From a bacterium (lineage in GTDB: Bacteria; SAR324; NAC60-12), in contig CBDBHR010000029.1 in the NCBI GenBank assembly GCA_965205865.1, positions 96,001-160,000 on the forward strand: DNA of 64,000 nt, written 5' to 3'. The notes beneath the pieces are model-generated. The model saw only the letters and a list, made by a program, of their open reading frames with translations, searched no databases and was not told the DNA's origin. Position numbers and translations under genes: made by a program. Shown here piece after piece: positions 29,330 to 42,569 of the stretch; within the stretch, counting starts at the first letter, position 1; every line of letters starts with the position of its first letter.

Positions 29330-30179
29330 GGTTTTTTTTGAAAAAATGACAGAGTTATATAGGTGCAGGGAACCGTTTGCCCTGGCAACTGTGATTCGAA
29401 TTGAAGGCTCGGCCTCTGCGAAACCGGGAGCCAAAGCCATTATCGACAAAAATGGAAAAACCCTCATGGGTTGGGTGGGAGGAGGCTGCGCAGAAAGTGC
29501 GGTCTGCCAGCAAGCCTTGGCCAGCCTCGAGGATGAACAAACGCGCATTGTGCCCATTGATCTGGACGACGAAGTGCTCGGAGTGGGCATGCCTTGCGGG
29601 GGAATGATGGAGGTTTATGTGGAACCGTACCTGCCGAAGCCGGAATTGTTGATCGTGGGCCATGGCCGTATTGCCGAATCTTTGGCGATGCTAGGAAAAT
29701 TTCTTGATTTTTTTGTAACAATCAATGACCCCATGGCCACCAAAGAAATCTTTCCCACAGCCGATCGATTGGTTACCGACGACCAGGACTTCAGCCAGAT
29801 GCACGTCAATCCGAATTCCTATGTCGTTGTCGTGACTCAACATAAAGGGGATCATCTTTCAATTAAAAAAGCCTTGGAAGGACATGGGGCTTATATTGCC
29901 TTGGTTGCCAGCAAAAAACGATCTGCGCTCGTATTGGAATACTTATTGGAAGCAGGAATCTCGCAGGAAGAGTTGGCCACTGTGTATGCTCCTGCAGGAA
30001 TCGATATCGGTTGTGTCATGCCAGAAGAAATTGCTTTGAGTATTATCACGGAAATTGTGGCAAAGCGCCGGGGAGGGTCGTGCCGTCCGATGATGGAAAT
30101 TAAAGGAACCCGCATTTTTGCAACCCCTCAAAAGGAGGGAAAAGCCCCCATCAAGATCGTTGAGGAAGTCTCGGAATGA
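29322..30179 (+). CDS. xdhC: XdhC/CoxI family molybdoenzyme maturation chaperone
   Basis: 'GSASAKPGAK', 'GWVGGGCAE', 'GMPCGG' and 'APAGIDIG...PEEIALSI'. Confidence 0.9.
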   Translation: MSEVFFEKMTELYRCREPFALATVIRIEGSASAKPGAKAIIDKNGKTLMGWVGGGCAESAVCQQALASLEDEQTRIVPIDLDDEVLGVGMPCGGMMEVYVEPYLPKPELLIVGHGRIAESLAMLGKFLDFFVTINDPMATKEIFPTADRLVTDDQDFSQMHVNPNSYVVVVTQHKGDHLSIKKALEGHGAYIALVASKKRSALVLEYLLEAGISQEELATVYAPAGIDIGCVMPEEIALSIITEIVAKRRGGSCRPMMEIKGTRIFATPQKEGKAPIKIVEEVSE

Positions 30180-30185
30180 GGGCGT

Positions 30186-31448
30186 ATGAGAACAACATTC
30201 TCTCAAAAAATGGAAGAACTGACTCGGGAGAACTGGGTAAAACGCATTCGCTTCGATTTTCCAATCCTCCAGCGAAGAGTGAATGATAATCCTTTGGCCT
30301 ACCTGGACAATGCAGCCACCACTCAAAAACCCCGACAAGTCATCGAAGCGCTGGTTCGCTTTTACGAGCAGCACAATGCAAACGTTCATCGCGGAGTCCA
30401 TACTTTATCCGAAGAAGCATCTCAACTGTACGAAGACTCGCGTGAAAAAGTAGCGGCTTTTATTCGAGCCCCATCGGCACGGTCGATTGTCTTTACTCGA
30501 GGAACGACGGAAGCGATCAATCTGGTTGCTCATTCTTGGCTCAGACCACGGCTACAGCCTGGTGATCAAATTCTGGTCTCCAGAATGGAACACCATTCCA
30601 ATCTAGTCCCTTGGCAGATGGTAGCCCGGCAAAGAGGAGCCAGGATCCGATACATTCCTTTGACCCCGGAAGGAACCCTGGATCCGGACGTATTGGAACG
30701 ATCGATGAACCCCCGCACGCGGATGCTGGCCTTTTGTCACATTTCCAATGTTTTGGGCACCCGCAATCCCTTGGAAGATATCATCAAAACCGCCCATGGA
30801 CACCAAATTCCAGTGTTGGTGGATGCCGCGCAGTCGGTTGCCCACTGCCCGGTTGATGTGGCTGCTTATGATTGTGACTTTCTGGCATTTTCCTCTCATA
30901 AGATGTATGGCCCCACCGGGATTGGCGTGCTTTACGGCAAACCTCACTATCTCGAAGAAATGGAACCTTTAACTAGCGGGGGAGGTATGATTCGCCAGGT
31001 AGGGGATGAGCAATCCACATGGGCCGATTTCCCGGCAAAGTTTGAAGCGGGAACGCCTCCTCTGGCGGAAGCTGTTGGGCTGGCTGCCGCAATTGACTAC
31101 CTCCATACGATCGGTATGGATAGAATTGAGCTGCATGAGCGGGAATTGATGGCTTATGCCCTGGCACTGTTGCAGCAAACCCCTGATGTGACGATCTATC
31201 CTCCTTTGGATTGCAATCAGAAAACAGCTGTACTTTCCTTCAATATTGGTGATGCGCATCCTCATGATGTCGCCCAAATTCTGGACTTCGAAGGCGTGGC
31301 AGTACGAGCAGGTCACCACTGTGCGCAACCACTTATGCGCGCTTTGGGAGTGCAAGCCACTATTCGCCTCAGCTTTTCTTTGTATAACCTCTCTTCCGAA
31401 ATTGACCAGCTCGCGCAAGGGTTACGCAAGGTACGTGAAATTTTTTAA
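30186..31448 (+). CDS. sufS: Group II cysteine desulfurase / selenocysteine lyase
   Basis: 'YLDNAATTQKP', 'EHHSN', 'FSSHKMYGPTG' and catalytic 'RAGHHCA'. Confidence 0.92.
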   Translation: MRTTFSQKMEELTRENWVKRIRFDFPILQRRVNDNPLAYLDNAATTQKPRQVIEALVRFYEQHNANVHRGVHTLSEEASQLYEDSREKVAAFIRAPSARSIVFTRGTTEAINLVAHSWLRPRLQPGDQILVSRMEHHSNLVPWQMVARQRGARIRYIPLTPEGTLDPDVLERSMNPRTRMLAFCHISNVLGTRNPLEDIIKTAHGHQIPVLVDAAQSVAHCPVDVAAYDCDFLAFSSHKMYGPTGIGVLYGKPHYLEEMEPLTSGGGMIRQVGDEQSTWADFPAKFEAGTPPLAEAVGLAAAIDYLHTIGMDRIELHERELMAYALALLQQTPDVTIYPPLDCNQKTAVLSFNIGDAHPHDVAQILDFEGVAVRAGHHCAQPLMRALGVQATIRLSFSLYNLSSEIDQLAQGLRKVREIF

Positions 31449-31485
31449 AGGACTAAAAACTGTTGGCGATTTGGAGAACAAAAAA

Positions 31486-32148
31486 TCATTGCCAAAAGTG
31501 CAAAAGTTCTTCTGGCTTTTCGATCAAGGCCTGTGCTCCGTGGTTCTGTAATTCTTCCCTGGGACGGAATCCCCAAAGAACGCCGACAGCAAACATCCGG
31601 GCTGCATTGGCAGTTTTCATATCAATACCCGTATCTCCCAAGTAAAGAAATGATTCGGGAGGAAAATCGAGACTGCGTGCGATTTCCAGGGCCCCCGCGG
31701 GATCTGGTTTACAAGGCAGGTTTTCTTGTTGCCCCAAAACCTGGTCAAACTTCCATTTTCCCAGCATTTCACCAACACATTTCTGTGCGAAAGCATTGGG
31801 TTTGTTGGATAGCACTCCAATGCGGATACCACCTGCAACCAGGGAATCGAGCATGGAATCCACACCCGCATAGGGTTTACTTTTGATGTTCCAGTTTTGC
31901 TCATACAATTGATTGAAAGCATATACGCAGCGGCACAGCGTGGATTTGTTCCTCTCACTTTCCGGAAGTGCTCGCTTGATCAACATAGTAGCGCCTTCTC
32001 CTACAAAAAAACGGTATGATTCAATGGGATGGATTGGAAATCCGTCTTTCTCCAGGATTTGGTTCACCGTATCTCCCAAATCTTCCAACGTATTCAGCAA
32101 GGTTCCGTCAAGGTCAAACAAGACGGCTTTGTACTCCATGTATTCCAT
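31486..32148 (-). CDS. HAD family phosphatase (phosphoglycolate phosphatase-like)
   Basis: 'FDLDGTL', 'SNK', 'KPDP' and 'GDTGID'. Confidence 0.9.
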   Translation of the reverse strand: MEYMEYKAVLFDLDGTLLNTLEDLGDTVNQILEKDGFPIHPIESYRFFVGEGATMLIKRALPESERNKSTLCRCVYAFNQLYEQNWNIKSKPYAGVDSMLDSLVAGGIRIGVLSNKPNAFAQKCVGEMLGKWKFDQVLGQQENLPCKPDPAGALEIARSLDFPPESFLYLGDTGIDMKTANAARMFAVGVLWGFRPREELQNHGAQALIEKPEELLHFWQ

Positions 32149-32196
32149 TTCAGAATTTAAAGTCCTGTACTAAAACCCAATATTGCCGGAAAAGCT

Positions 32197-32751
32197 TCAT
32201 GAGGAGGAAAGCAATTTTTTGATAGCATTTTCAAAACGTATGGCGCGGCCGTCGCCTTCATGTATTTCCCCGGGGCTTTGCAAAAGCACTTCTCCTTTGG
32301 GACTGACCAAGTAGAAATTGGGCCAGTACTTGTTGCCCAAGGCTCTCCAATAGGCATAGTCGTTGTCCATCATGATCGGGTGATCCAAACCATAGCGTTC
32401 AGCTGCCCGAACCACTCGCTCCCGTTCTTTTTCATATGAAAATTCCGGAGTATGAATTCCGATGACTTGCAACCCTTGATCCTGGTATTTCTTTTTCATT
32501 CCATGGACCCATGGAAAACTGCGGATGCAGTTGATTCATATCGAGGTCCAAACTTCGATCAAGACCACCTTGCCTTGTAAATCGGCTTTTTTCAAGGGTG
32601 CTGAATTGATCCACATTTCGGGGGAACTCTGTGTAAACTCCGGCATTGTTTTCGCCTGAACCGAGAGGATGTTCAGAAAAAAAAGCAGTGCAAGACCCAG
32701 AAGTCCGCTAAAAAAGATTTTCATGCAGGAATAGAGTTTGATGGGTAGCAT
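32197..32751 (-). CDS. Exported thioredoxin-fold redoxin (DipZ/TlpA-like), putative selenoprotein with UxxC
   Basis: Two track ORFs share one frame separated by TGA at 32538-32536. Read-through gives WTSI-U-INCIRSFPW...GLQVIGIHTPEF, which places the TGA at the first Cys of CxxC. Confidence 0.85.
32499..32516 (-). promoter_or_regulatory. Candidate bacterial SECIS hairpin
   Basis: mRNA UUCCAUG-GGUC-CAUGGAA, a 7-bp perfect stem with a G-first loop, starting about 20 nt 3' of the UGA. Confidence 0.7.
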
Positions 32752-32931
32752 GGCAATTTCCTTTCTTTATTTTATAAATTTATAGGGTGTGATCTGTTAC
32801 CAATTCAGACATCCGTAGATAGTCGCAAATCGCCAAATTAGATTATACGCGATCCTCCGAAATAAGCGATCAATTATAAGGAAGGTTGATTTTTTTCAAG
32901 ATCAGTAACAGATCCCAACGAAGAGTAATGG

Positions 32932-33570
32932 TTATCCAACGAGGAAAAAGACAACATCACGGCTGATGCGGCCGATCCAGGAAAGGGGGCTCCAGGTAGG
33001 AAGAGTCACACTGATGAGTAACAATCCTATGATGGCATATGTACCATATTGCATATTCCAGATATTGTATTTACGCCGCGCATCAGGAGGAAGCAGGTAA
33101 GGCAACACATAACTGCCGTCCAGGGGTCCCAGGGGAATGAGGTTGAAGAGACACAAGCTCATGTTGATCAGCATGAATATAAATAGAAACGGTTCCCATT
33201 GGAAAGCCGAGAATCCGGAGGACGAAAATGCGTGCGCCAGGATACCTCCGGCAATCGTCAGCAGTAGGTTCATACCAGGTCCTGCCGCGGCGACATACAG
33301 ATGCGCATATCGGTAACGAAAATTTCGTGGGTCCACAGGCACCGGTTTAGCATAGCCAATGCCAACGAAAAGAAGCATCAAACTCCCAAAAATGTCCAAG
33401 TGAACGAAGGGATTGATACTCATCCGACCTTGCAGCCGGGCGGTGGAGTCGCCGCATAAATAGGCCACATAGGCATGACCGAATTCATGCAGGGTCAAGG
33501 CGAACATCAAGGCAACAATGAGCAAAATACCCAAACGAGGTTCTTGTTGAATGAGATTGATCAGGGACAT
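32932..33570 (-). CDS. Site-2 protease (peptidase M50)
   Basis: HEFGH, 'AAGPGMN' and 'FNLIPLGPLDG'. Confidence 0.92.
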   Translation of the reverse strand: MSLINLIQQEPRLGILLIVALMFALTLHEFGHAYVAYLCGDSTARLQGRMSINPFVHLDIFGSLMLLFVGIGYAKPVPVDPRNFRYRYAHLYVAAAGPGMNLLLTIAGGILAHAFSSSGFSAFQWEPFLFIFMLINMSLCLFNLIPLGPLDGSYVLPYLLPPDARRKYNIWNMQYGTYAIIGLLLISVTLPTWSPLSWIGRISRDVVFFLVG

Positions 33571-33583
33571 GGAATCGACTCGC

Positions 33584-35702
<2,119 letters not shown>

Positions 35703-35935
35703 CAATCAGTTTCAAATTGTGTGAACTGCATGCTCCCCAATACCAGCAAAATTGACTGTATTTGCCGGATCGGGCTTGCTTGAGGACGCATAAAAAGATA
35801 AAACCAAAGGGTCCTTTATGTTTTGAACATGCATGGCATGATACTTTGTCAGTTTGGCATATTTTTTCAGACAACCTCTGCAAGAGTAAGGGGAGTTTCC
35901 ACAAAAATCAATTCCAAATTCTTTTACCAGGCCTT

Positions 35936-36721
35936 ATGACCCCCATTGTCCTTACTCCTTCTCAAAACAATCTCTATATTGTTACGGATTCCCATCTGGA
36001 TCAAGATATGGCTCCCTATCAAGAGTTTATCACCATGTTGTCTTCGCTTGAAAACCCGGGAACCCTGGTCTGTTTGGGGGATTTGTTCAAAGTTTGGCTG
36101 GCTCTTCCTAAGTTCTGGGTCACCATGCATCGGGAGGTTATGGCTGCTTTTGAGTCATTACGTAGCCGGGGAGTGGTGATAATTTTTGTGATAGGTAACC
36201 GGGAAGCGTTGCTTCCCAGAAAATGGAGCGAAGCGTGGGAGAAAAAATTCCCTTTCACCCATTTGATCCACGACGATTGTCAAGTGGAATGGCGAGCCAG
36301 GCGTTATGGTTTCATACATGGAGACACGATCAATCAGCAGGACTTGAAACATTTACGCTGGCGAAAGATTGTTCGCAGTCGGGGATTCGAATGGTTTTTC
36401 CGGGCCATGCCAAGCCCAATGGCCCGCAGGGTGGTGAATCGCCTGGAACAAACTCTGGCCCAATCCAACTACAAATATAAAATTGGATTTCCGCAAAAAG
36501 AAGTAGAAAGTTTTGCAAGAGAGTATTTGGATGAAGTGGACTGGTACTTTGTGGGGCATTTTCATGAGGATCATCAAATTCGTTTTCCTGACAAACGAGG
36601 CAAACTGCGAGTCGTTCCGGATTGGTTGACCAACCGGACTGTCCTGCAAATCAACCCTGCAGGACATATCCTTACCCTCCATTTTCAAAATGGGGCTTTT
36701 CAATACAGGCATAAGGGGTGA
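35936..36721 (+). CDS. UDP-2,3-diacylglucosamine diphosphatase-like metallophosphoesterase (LpxH-like)
   Basis: 'TDSHL', 'LGDLFKVW', 'GNRE', 'HGD' and 'GHFH'. Confidence 0.75.
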   Translation: MTPIVLTPSQNNLYIVTDSHLDQDMAPYQEFITMLSSLENPGTLVCLGDLFKVWLALPKFWVTMHREVMAAFESLRSRGVVIIFVIGNREALLPRKWSEAWEKKFPFTHLIHDDCQVEWRARRYGFIHGDTINQQDLKHLRWRKIVRSRGFEWFFRAMPSPMARRVVNRLEQTLAQSNYKYKIGFPQKEVESFAREYLDEVDWYFVGHFHEDHQIRFPDKRGKLRVVPDWLTNRTVLQINPAGHILTLHFQNGAFQYRHKG

Positions 36722-36939
36722 ATTCCAAGTAAACGCAACTGAAATCCGCTCAGCTTTCTTGGTCTCATTGCCAAATTGAGCAATCCCCCAAATGCCACTG
36801 CCAATAGGAGTGATGCGAAGTAAGAATTCAACCGTGGCGTTTCCAATATTAAAACAATTCTGTTGTCATGTTTCACGTTGGCTGTCGAGTTGGAATTCTC
36901 CTGAATCGTTAACGGCCACTGCGTTGATTAGCGCTGTAT

Positions 36940-39822
36940 TCATGGATTCCAGGATTCCATGGGGGGACAAGCGCAGAACAGATTTCGGTCTCCATAACTT
37001 TCGTCAATGCGTCCGACACTGGGCCAGAATTTGTTGGATGACAAGCTTTTGACGGGAAATGCCGCTTTTTGACGAGAATAGGGATGGCACCAGTCATTGC
37101 GGGCAATCGCCGCACTGGTATGGGGAGCATTTTTGAGGACGTTGTCTCCAGGATCTGACAATCCTCTTTCGATTTCCCGGATTTCCTCTCGGATGCTGAT
37201 CATGGCTTCGCAAAATCGGTCTAATTCTTCTTTGTCCTCACTTTCGGTTGGTTCAATCATCAGGGTTCCTGGTACCGGAAACGAGACCGTTGGCGCATGG
37301 AATCCATAGTCCATCAGACGTTTGGCGACGTCCTGCACTTCGATCTGCGCCGTATTTCTGAAACGACGCATGTCAAAAATCAGTTCATGCGCGACCCGTC
37401 CGTTTTTTCCTTCGAACAACAAGGGGTAATATCCACTGAGACGGTCCTTGACGTAATTGGCGTTCAAAATAGCATAGCGGGAGGCTTCCCGAATTCCCAG
37501 CCGACCGAGCATTTTGATGTAAGCATAGGAAATCAAGAGAATACTGGCACTGCTCCAGGGGGCGGCTGCGATTGCGGAAATAGCTTTTTCCCCTCCCACC
37601 GTGATTAGGGGATGTCCGGGAAGATATGGCATGAGATGCTCTGCAACGCAAATGGGTCCCATCCCTGGACCACCTCCTCCATGGGGAATGCTGAAGGTTT
37701 TGTGCAGATTCAAATGGCAGACGTCAACCCCGATTTTTCCGGGATGGGTCAAACCGACCTGGGCATTGAGATTGGCGCCATCCATATAAATCTGCCCGCC
37801 ATGATGGTGGATGATTTGGCAGATTTCGAGAATCCGTTCTTCGTAGACGCCATGGGTGGAAGGGTAGGTGACCATCAATCCTGCCAACTGTCCCTGACAC
37901 TGCCTTGCTTTTGCTTGGAGGTCATCCACGTCGATGTTTCCCATGTGGTCACAATTCACGACCACCACATCCATTCCGCACATGGCGGCACTGGCAGGGT
38001 TGGTTCCATGCGCAGACGAAGGAATGAGAACAATGTTGCGATGCGATTCTTCCCGGTCCCGATGATAGGCGCGGATGACCAACAAACCCGCGTATTCGCC
38101 CTGTGCCCCGGAATTGGGCTGTAAAGAGATTCCCGGCAAACCCGTGATTTCACAAAGATCGTTTTCCAGTTCCCGAATTATTTCCGCGTATCCTCGGGTT
38201 TGCTCTTCAGGGGCAAAAGGATGGATTCTTGAAAATGCGGGCCAGGTCACCGGGATCATCTCCGTAGTGGCGTTGAGTTTCATGGTGCAGGACCCCAAAG
38301 GAATCATCGAGCCCGTCAAAGAAAGGTCTTTGTTTTCCAAAGACTTTAAGTAACGCAACATCTTGGTTTCAGAACGAAAGCGGTGAAACACGGGATGAGT
38401 TAAAAAATCACTGCGTCGAATCAATGAATCGGGAATCGCCAGGGAATTGTCTTCTCCTCCTTGAGAAAGCGCCTGCTCGTCCCTCATGAAGACAGAAAGA
38501 ATTTTTTGAATATCTTCCGGACTGGTTGTTTCGTCGACACTGATGCCGAGGGTTTTGCCGTCGATTTTTCGAAAATTGATTTCATTGCTCCAAGCCTTGC
38601 TCTCGATTTCATGCAAACTGAGAGGCGCGGAGGAGTCCAATTGGATTTTGAGGGTATCAAAAAAGTATGTGTTCTCCTGCCGGTAGCCGAGTTTCTTCAA
38701 TTCCCCGTTGAGTAATTGAGCGCGGCTGTGAACGGTTTCCGCAATAGCCTTCAAGCCTTGGGGACCGTGGTAGACCCCGTACATACCGGCCATGATGGCA
38801 AGGAGAGCTTGGGCTGTGCAAATATTGGAAGTAGCGCGGTCCCGTTTAATGTGCTGTTCCCGGGTTTGCAAGGACATGCGGTAGGCGGTGTTTTGATGGA
38901 CGTCAATGGAAACACCGATCACCCGGCCCGGAATCTCCCGAGCGTGGGTTTCACGCGTGGCAAAATATGCGGCATGGGGGCCACCAAAGCCCATCGGTAC
39001 ACCGAAACGTTGAGCAGAACCAATGACCACGTCGGCTCCCAACTCTCCGGGAGGCTTCAACAACACCAATCCCAACAGATCCGCGGCAAAAACAACCAGC
39101 AGGTCGCAGGCATGAGCATTTTTAACGAAATCCGAGTAGTCACAAACCAACCCCGTATCTGTCGGGTACTGCACGATGCACCCAAAATAACGATCATCGA
39201 AAACGGCTTGGCGGTGGTCCCCCACGACAATTTCTATATTCAAGGGGTCGGCGCGTGTTTTCATGATGGCGATGCTGGTTTCAAAGCATTCATCTGACAC
39301 AAAAAAAATTTTCTTCTTTGCTCCTCTTTGACGTTTGTTTTTCACACGATAGGCGAGCGTCATGGCTTCGGCAGCTGCTGTTCCCTCATCGAGCAGCGAA
39401 GCATTGGCAATCTCCATTCCCGTGAGGTCCATCACCATAGTCTGGAAATTGAGCAGGGCTTCCAGGCGTCCTTGGGATATTTCCGGCTGGTAAGGAGTGT
39501 ATTGCGTGTACCAGCCCGGGTTTTCCATGATATTGCGTAGAATCACGCTTGGCGTGATGCAATCGTAATATCCCAGACCGAGGTAGGATTTGTAAATTTT
39601 GTTCTTCTCTGAAATTTTCCGCAATTTGTCCAGCAGTTCAAATTCTCCCAAGGCTTCTGAAATGTCGAGTTCCTCTTCCATGCGAATCTGTGAAGGAACC
39701 GTTTCTTCCATCAATTGTTCCAGCGTACGCGCTTTGCACGTTGCCAACATCGCTTTGAGATCGTCGTCTCCAGGTCCAAGATGCCGCCTTTGAAAAAAAT
39801 CGGAATGATATTTCGTTGTCAT
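36940..39822 (-). CDS. gcvP: Glycine dehydrogenase (P protein, single chain)
   Basis: '[14 protein letters not shown]', 'PLGSCTMK' and '[18 protein letters not shown]'. Confidence 0.97.
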   Translation of the reverse strand: MTTKYHSDFFQRRHLGPGDDDLKAMLATCKARTLEQLMEETVPSQIRMEEELDISEALGEFELLDKLRKISEKNKIYKSYLGLGYYDCITPSVILRNIMENPGWYTQYTPYQPEISQGRLEALLNFQTMVMDLTGMEIANASLLDEGTAAAEAMTLAYRVKNKRQRGAKKKIFFVSDECFETSIAIMKTRADPLNIEIVVGDHRQAVFDDRYFGCIVQYPTDTGLVCDYSDFVKNAHACDLLVVFAADLLGLVLLKPPGELGADVVIGSAQRFGVPMGFGGPHAAYFATRETHAREIPGRVIGVSIDVHQNTAYRMSLQTREQHIKRDRATSNICTAQALLAIMAGMYGVYHGPQGLKAIAETVHSRAQLLNGELKKLGYRQENTYFFDTLKIQLDSSAPLSLHEIESKAWSNEINFRKIDGKTLGISVDETTSPEDIQKILSVFMRDEQALSQGGEDNSLAIPDSLIRRSDFLTHPVFHRFRSETKMLRYLKSLENKDLSLTGSMIPLGSCTMKLNATTEMIPVTWPAFSRIHPFAPEEQTRGYAEIIRELENDLCEITGLPGISLQPNSGAQGEYAGLLVIRAYHRDREESHRNIVLIPSSAHGTNPASAAMCGMDVVVVNCDHMGNIDVDDLQAKARQCQGQLAGLMVTYPSTHGVYEERILEICQIIHHHGGQIYMDGANLNAQVGLTHPGKIGVDVCHLNLHKTFSIPHGGGGPGMGPICVAEHLMPYLPGHPLITVGGEKAISAIAAAPWSSASILLISYAYIKMLGRLGIREASRYAILNANYVKDRLSGYYPLLFEGKNGRVAHELIFDMRRFRNTAQIEVQDVAKRLMDYGFHAPTVSFPVPGTLMIEPTESEDKEELDRFCEAMISIREEIREIERGLSDPGDNVLKNAPHTSAAIARNDWCHPYSRQKAAFPVKSLSSNKFWPSVGRIDESYGDRNLFCACPPMESWNP

Positions 39823-39853
39823 AGGATCTTTCTTTCCCCTTACTGAAGAAACG

Positions 39854-40947
39854 TTATACTGCCACAAATGGAGGTTTGACAATAGTTGCCGGGAATAGCC
39901 TGTTTCGGATTTGAATGTTAAGGGTCTCACCAATGTTCGAGTGTTCCAACGGAACATATCCCATGCCAATTCCTTTTCCCAAAGTTGGAGAACTGGTACC
40001 ACTGCTCACTTCTCCCAAAACTTGCTCTCCCCTTGCATCCAGAATGGGATAGTGAGGACGGGGAATGCCCCGCACGTTAAGAATGAAACGGATCAATTTT
40101 TGTTGGATTCCTTCAGATTTTGCTTTCTGCAATGCCTCTTTCCCGAGGAAGTCTTTTTTTGCAAAGCGACGAAACGTCCCAATCCTGCTTCCAGCGGATT
40201 ATGCCGGTCATCAATGTCCTGACCGTAGAGTGGAAAGCAAACTTCCAAACGAAGTGTGTCCCGCGCTCCTAGTCCTGCGGGGAAAATTCCGAATATCAGG
40301 CCATGGAACATCAGAGTGTCCCAGATTTCCTCACTGCTTTGGGGAGGGCAATAAATTTCAAATCCATCTTCTCCGGTATATCCCATGCGCGCCAGTATGA
40401 CAGGATGTCCGTATAAATCGATCTCCCGAAAGCAGTAGTATCGTAAATCTTGCAATGTTTTCTTTGTGATGGATTCCAACACTTGTTGCGCATATTTCCC
40501 TTGGATGGCAATTTGCGCGAATTGAGCGGAGCGGTTTTCGCAGTGCGCCTGACCCTCTAAGTTTGATTGGATCCATTGAAAATCCTTGTCAGTGTTGGAA
40601 GCATTGACACAAAGAAAGTATAGCTCATTTGAAATTCGATATACTGTAACGTCATCGACAAAAGTTCCATTCTCATAAAGCAGCGCCGAATACTGCACTT
40701 CTCCATCGCTTAATCTCGACACGTCATTGCAGGTCAGTCGTTGCAGGTTGCTCAAAGCATCTGTCCCTTCAATGAAAATTTCTCCCATATGACTGACGTC
40801 GAACAAGGAAACCGCATTGCGCGTGTTGTGGTGTTCTGTAATGATGCTCTCATACAGAATGGGCATTTCCCAACCAGCATAATCCACGAACCTGGCCCCT
40901 AATTGGTAGTGAACCTCATTGAGTGGAGTTTTTTTCAGTTCAATCAT
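39854..40947 (-). CDS. gcvT: Glycine cleavage T protein, -1 frameshift in homopolymer at 40154-40160 (probable sequencing error)
   Basis: 'FDVSHMG', 'GYTGEDGFE' and 'GARDTLRLE'. The C-terminus '[20 protein letters not shown]' lies in an adjacent frame. Confidence 0.9.
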
Positions 40948-41199
40948 GGAAGCCCCCTTTTGAGATCGGTTTAATAAAGGCATATGGGATTAGCATATAA
41001 AAAATTGTCCCATTGAATCAAGAGAAATAAAACAATTCAGCAAGAATATTCCCGCAACCCATACTATTCTTGTCCTGCTTTTGGCGCAGTATTCCATTTC
41101 TTATTGCATTGCGACGACGATTTTGTCACATTGGGAGAATCGGTGCTTTGAAGAAGACGCTTGAAAAATCTTAAAATTTACAGGGAAAAGGGAGGAATC

Positions 41200-42230
41200 A
41201 TGAAACTTGGTCTGGCCACAGGGATCGCAGGAGCTAAAGTGCAATTGCCCATTGAAATCATCCGGGAAGCCGAGCAACTCGGTTATTCAATTGTTTGGAC
41301 GGCAGAAGCCTATGGCTCCGATGCGGTCACGCCATTGGCTTGGATCGGTGCGCTCACCCAAAAAATTAAACTAGGCACTGGCATTATGCAAATGCCGGCC
41401 CGCACTCCGGCCAACACGGCAATGACAGCCATGACTCTCGATCAACTTTCCGGGGGAAGATTTGTGCTGGGATTGGGGTTGTCCGGTCCTCAGGTAGTGG
41501 AAGGGTGGCATGGCCAGCCCTATGGCAAACCCATCGGAAAAACACGGGAGTACGTGGAGATTATACGCAGCATCTTCAAACGGGAACAACCCTTAACCCA
41601 TCAAGGGACGCATTACCAGATTCCCTACCATGGAGACAATGCCACTGGATTGGGAAAACCATTGAAGAGCATCTTGCGCGGAAGGGTCGATTTGCCTATC
41701 TATATTGCTGCCATTGGCCCTAAAAATGTTGAGTTGACGGCAGAGATTGCTGATGGATGGCTTCCTGTTTTTTTTCTCCTCGCCATTACAAGACGACTTT
41801 TAAAGAACGAGTGGAATCCGGTTTAGCCAAGGCGGAATATGTTAAAAATTTGGATGACCTTGATATTGTCAGCACGATCTCGGTTGCTTTGCATGATGAT
41901 GTGGGTGAAGCTCGCCGGCAAATCAAACCACAACTGGCCTTGTACATCGGCGGTATGGGTGCGCGAGGCAGAAATTTTTATAACGATTTGGCATGCCGTT
42001 ATGGATACGAAGCAGCAGCAAAACAAATTCAGAATCTCTATCTGGACGGCAAACGCCAGGAAGCCATTGCCGCCGTCCCGGATGAATTTGTGGATGATGT
42101 GGCCTTGTGCGGTCCCAAAGAACGAATTCGGGACCAACTCGCATTGTGGCGTGAAAGTCCTGTCACAACCCTCAATATCGGGATTTCATCACCAGAAACA
42201 CTGCGGGTGATGGCAGAACTGGTTTTGTGA
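41200..42230 (+). CDS. LLM-class (F420-dependent type) oxidoreductase, -1 frameshift at T-run 41768-41775
   Basis: '[10 protein letters not shown]', '[13 protein letters not shown]', 'ADGWLP' and '[14 protein letters not shown]'. Confidence 0.88.
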
Positions 42231-42368
42231 GCTACCATATTTATATGCCCCTTCATTGCTAATAATCGGCATGCCCACAACCGGGGGCGTTGCCTTGGAT
42301 TCGTAGATAATGGTTCGTTGAGTTATAGCCCGGAAATCGCGTCAACTTTTTTCCGAAAAGAGATCATT

Positions 42369-42440
42369 ATGCAACTTCATGGCAATGCTAAATTAACCAT
42401 AAAACAAAGAGCCGAAGTTCGTCGTCCAAAAAACGCAGTC
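42369..42440 (+). pseudogene. IS481-like transposase N-terminal stub
   Basis: Reads MQLHGNAKLTIKQRAEVRR, which resembles the 'H.NA.LT' start of IS481-family transposases. The rest is absent. Confidence 0.45.
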
Positions 42441-42569
42441 TTGATATTCGTCAGATTCATGCATTAAATAAACGTATCAGTTTATCACCAGTTACATTCT
42501 TATAAAGCAACCTACACAAAACAAGACAATGCGCCGAATCCGGGGACAGCGATTTTTCCTCTTATGCGC

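Noticed and set aside
40948-41199. Glycine riboswitch upstream of gcvT
   Set aside because: No GGAGAG...CCGAAG...CUCUCAGG aptamer pattern was found by eye. The absence of gcvH here is also unremarkable, since it can lie elsewhere.
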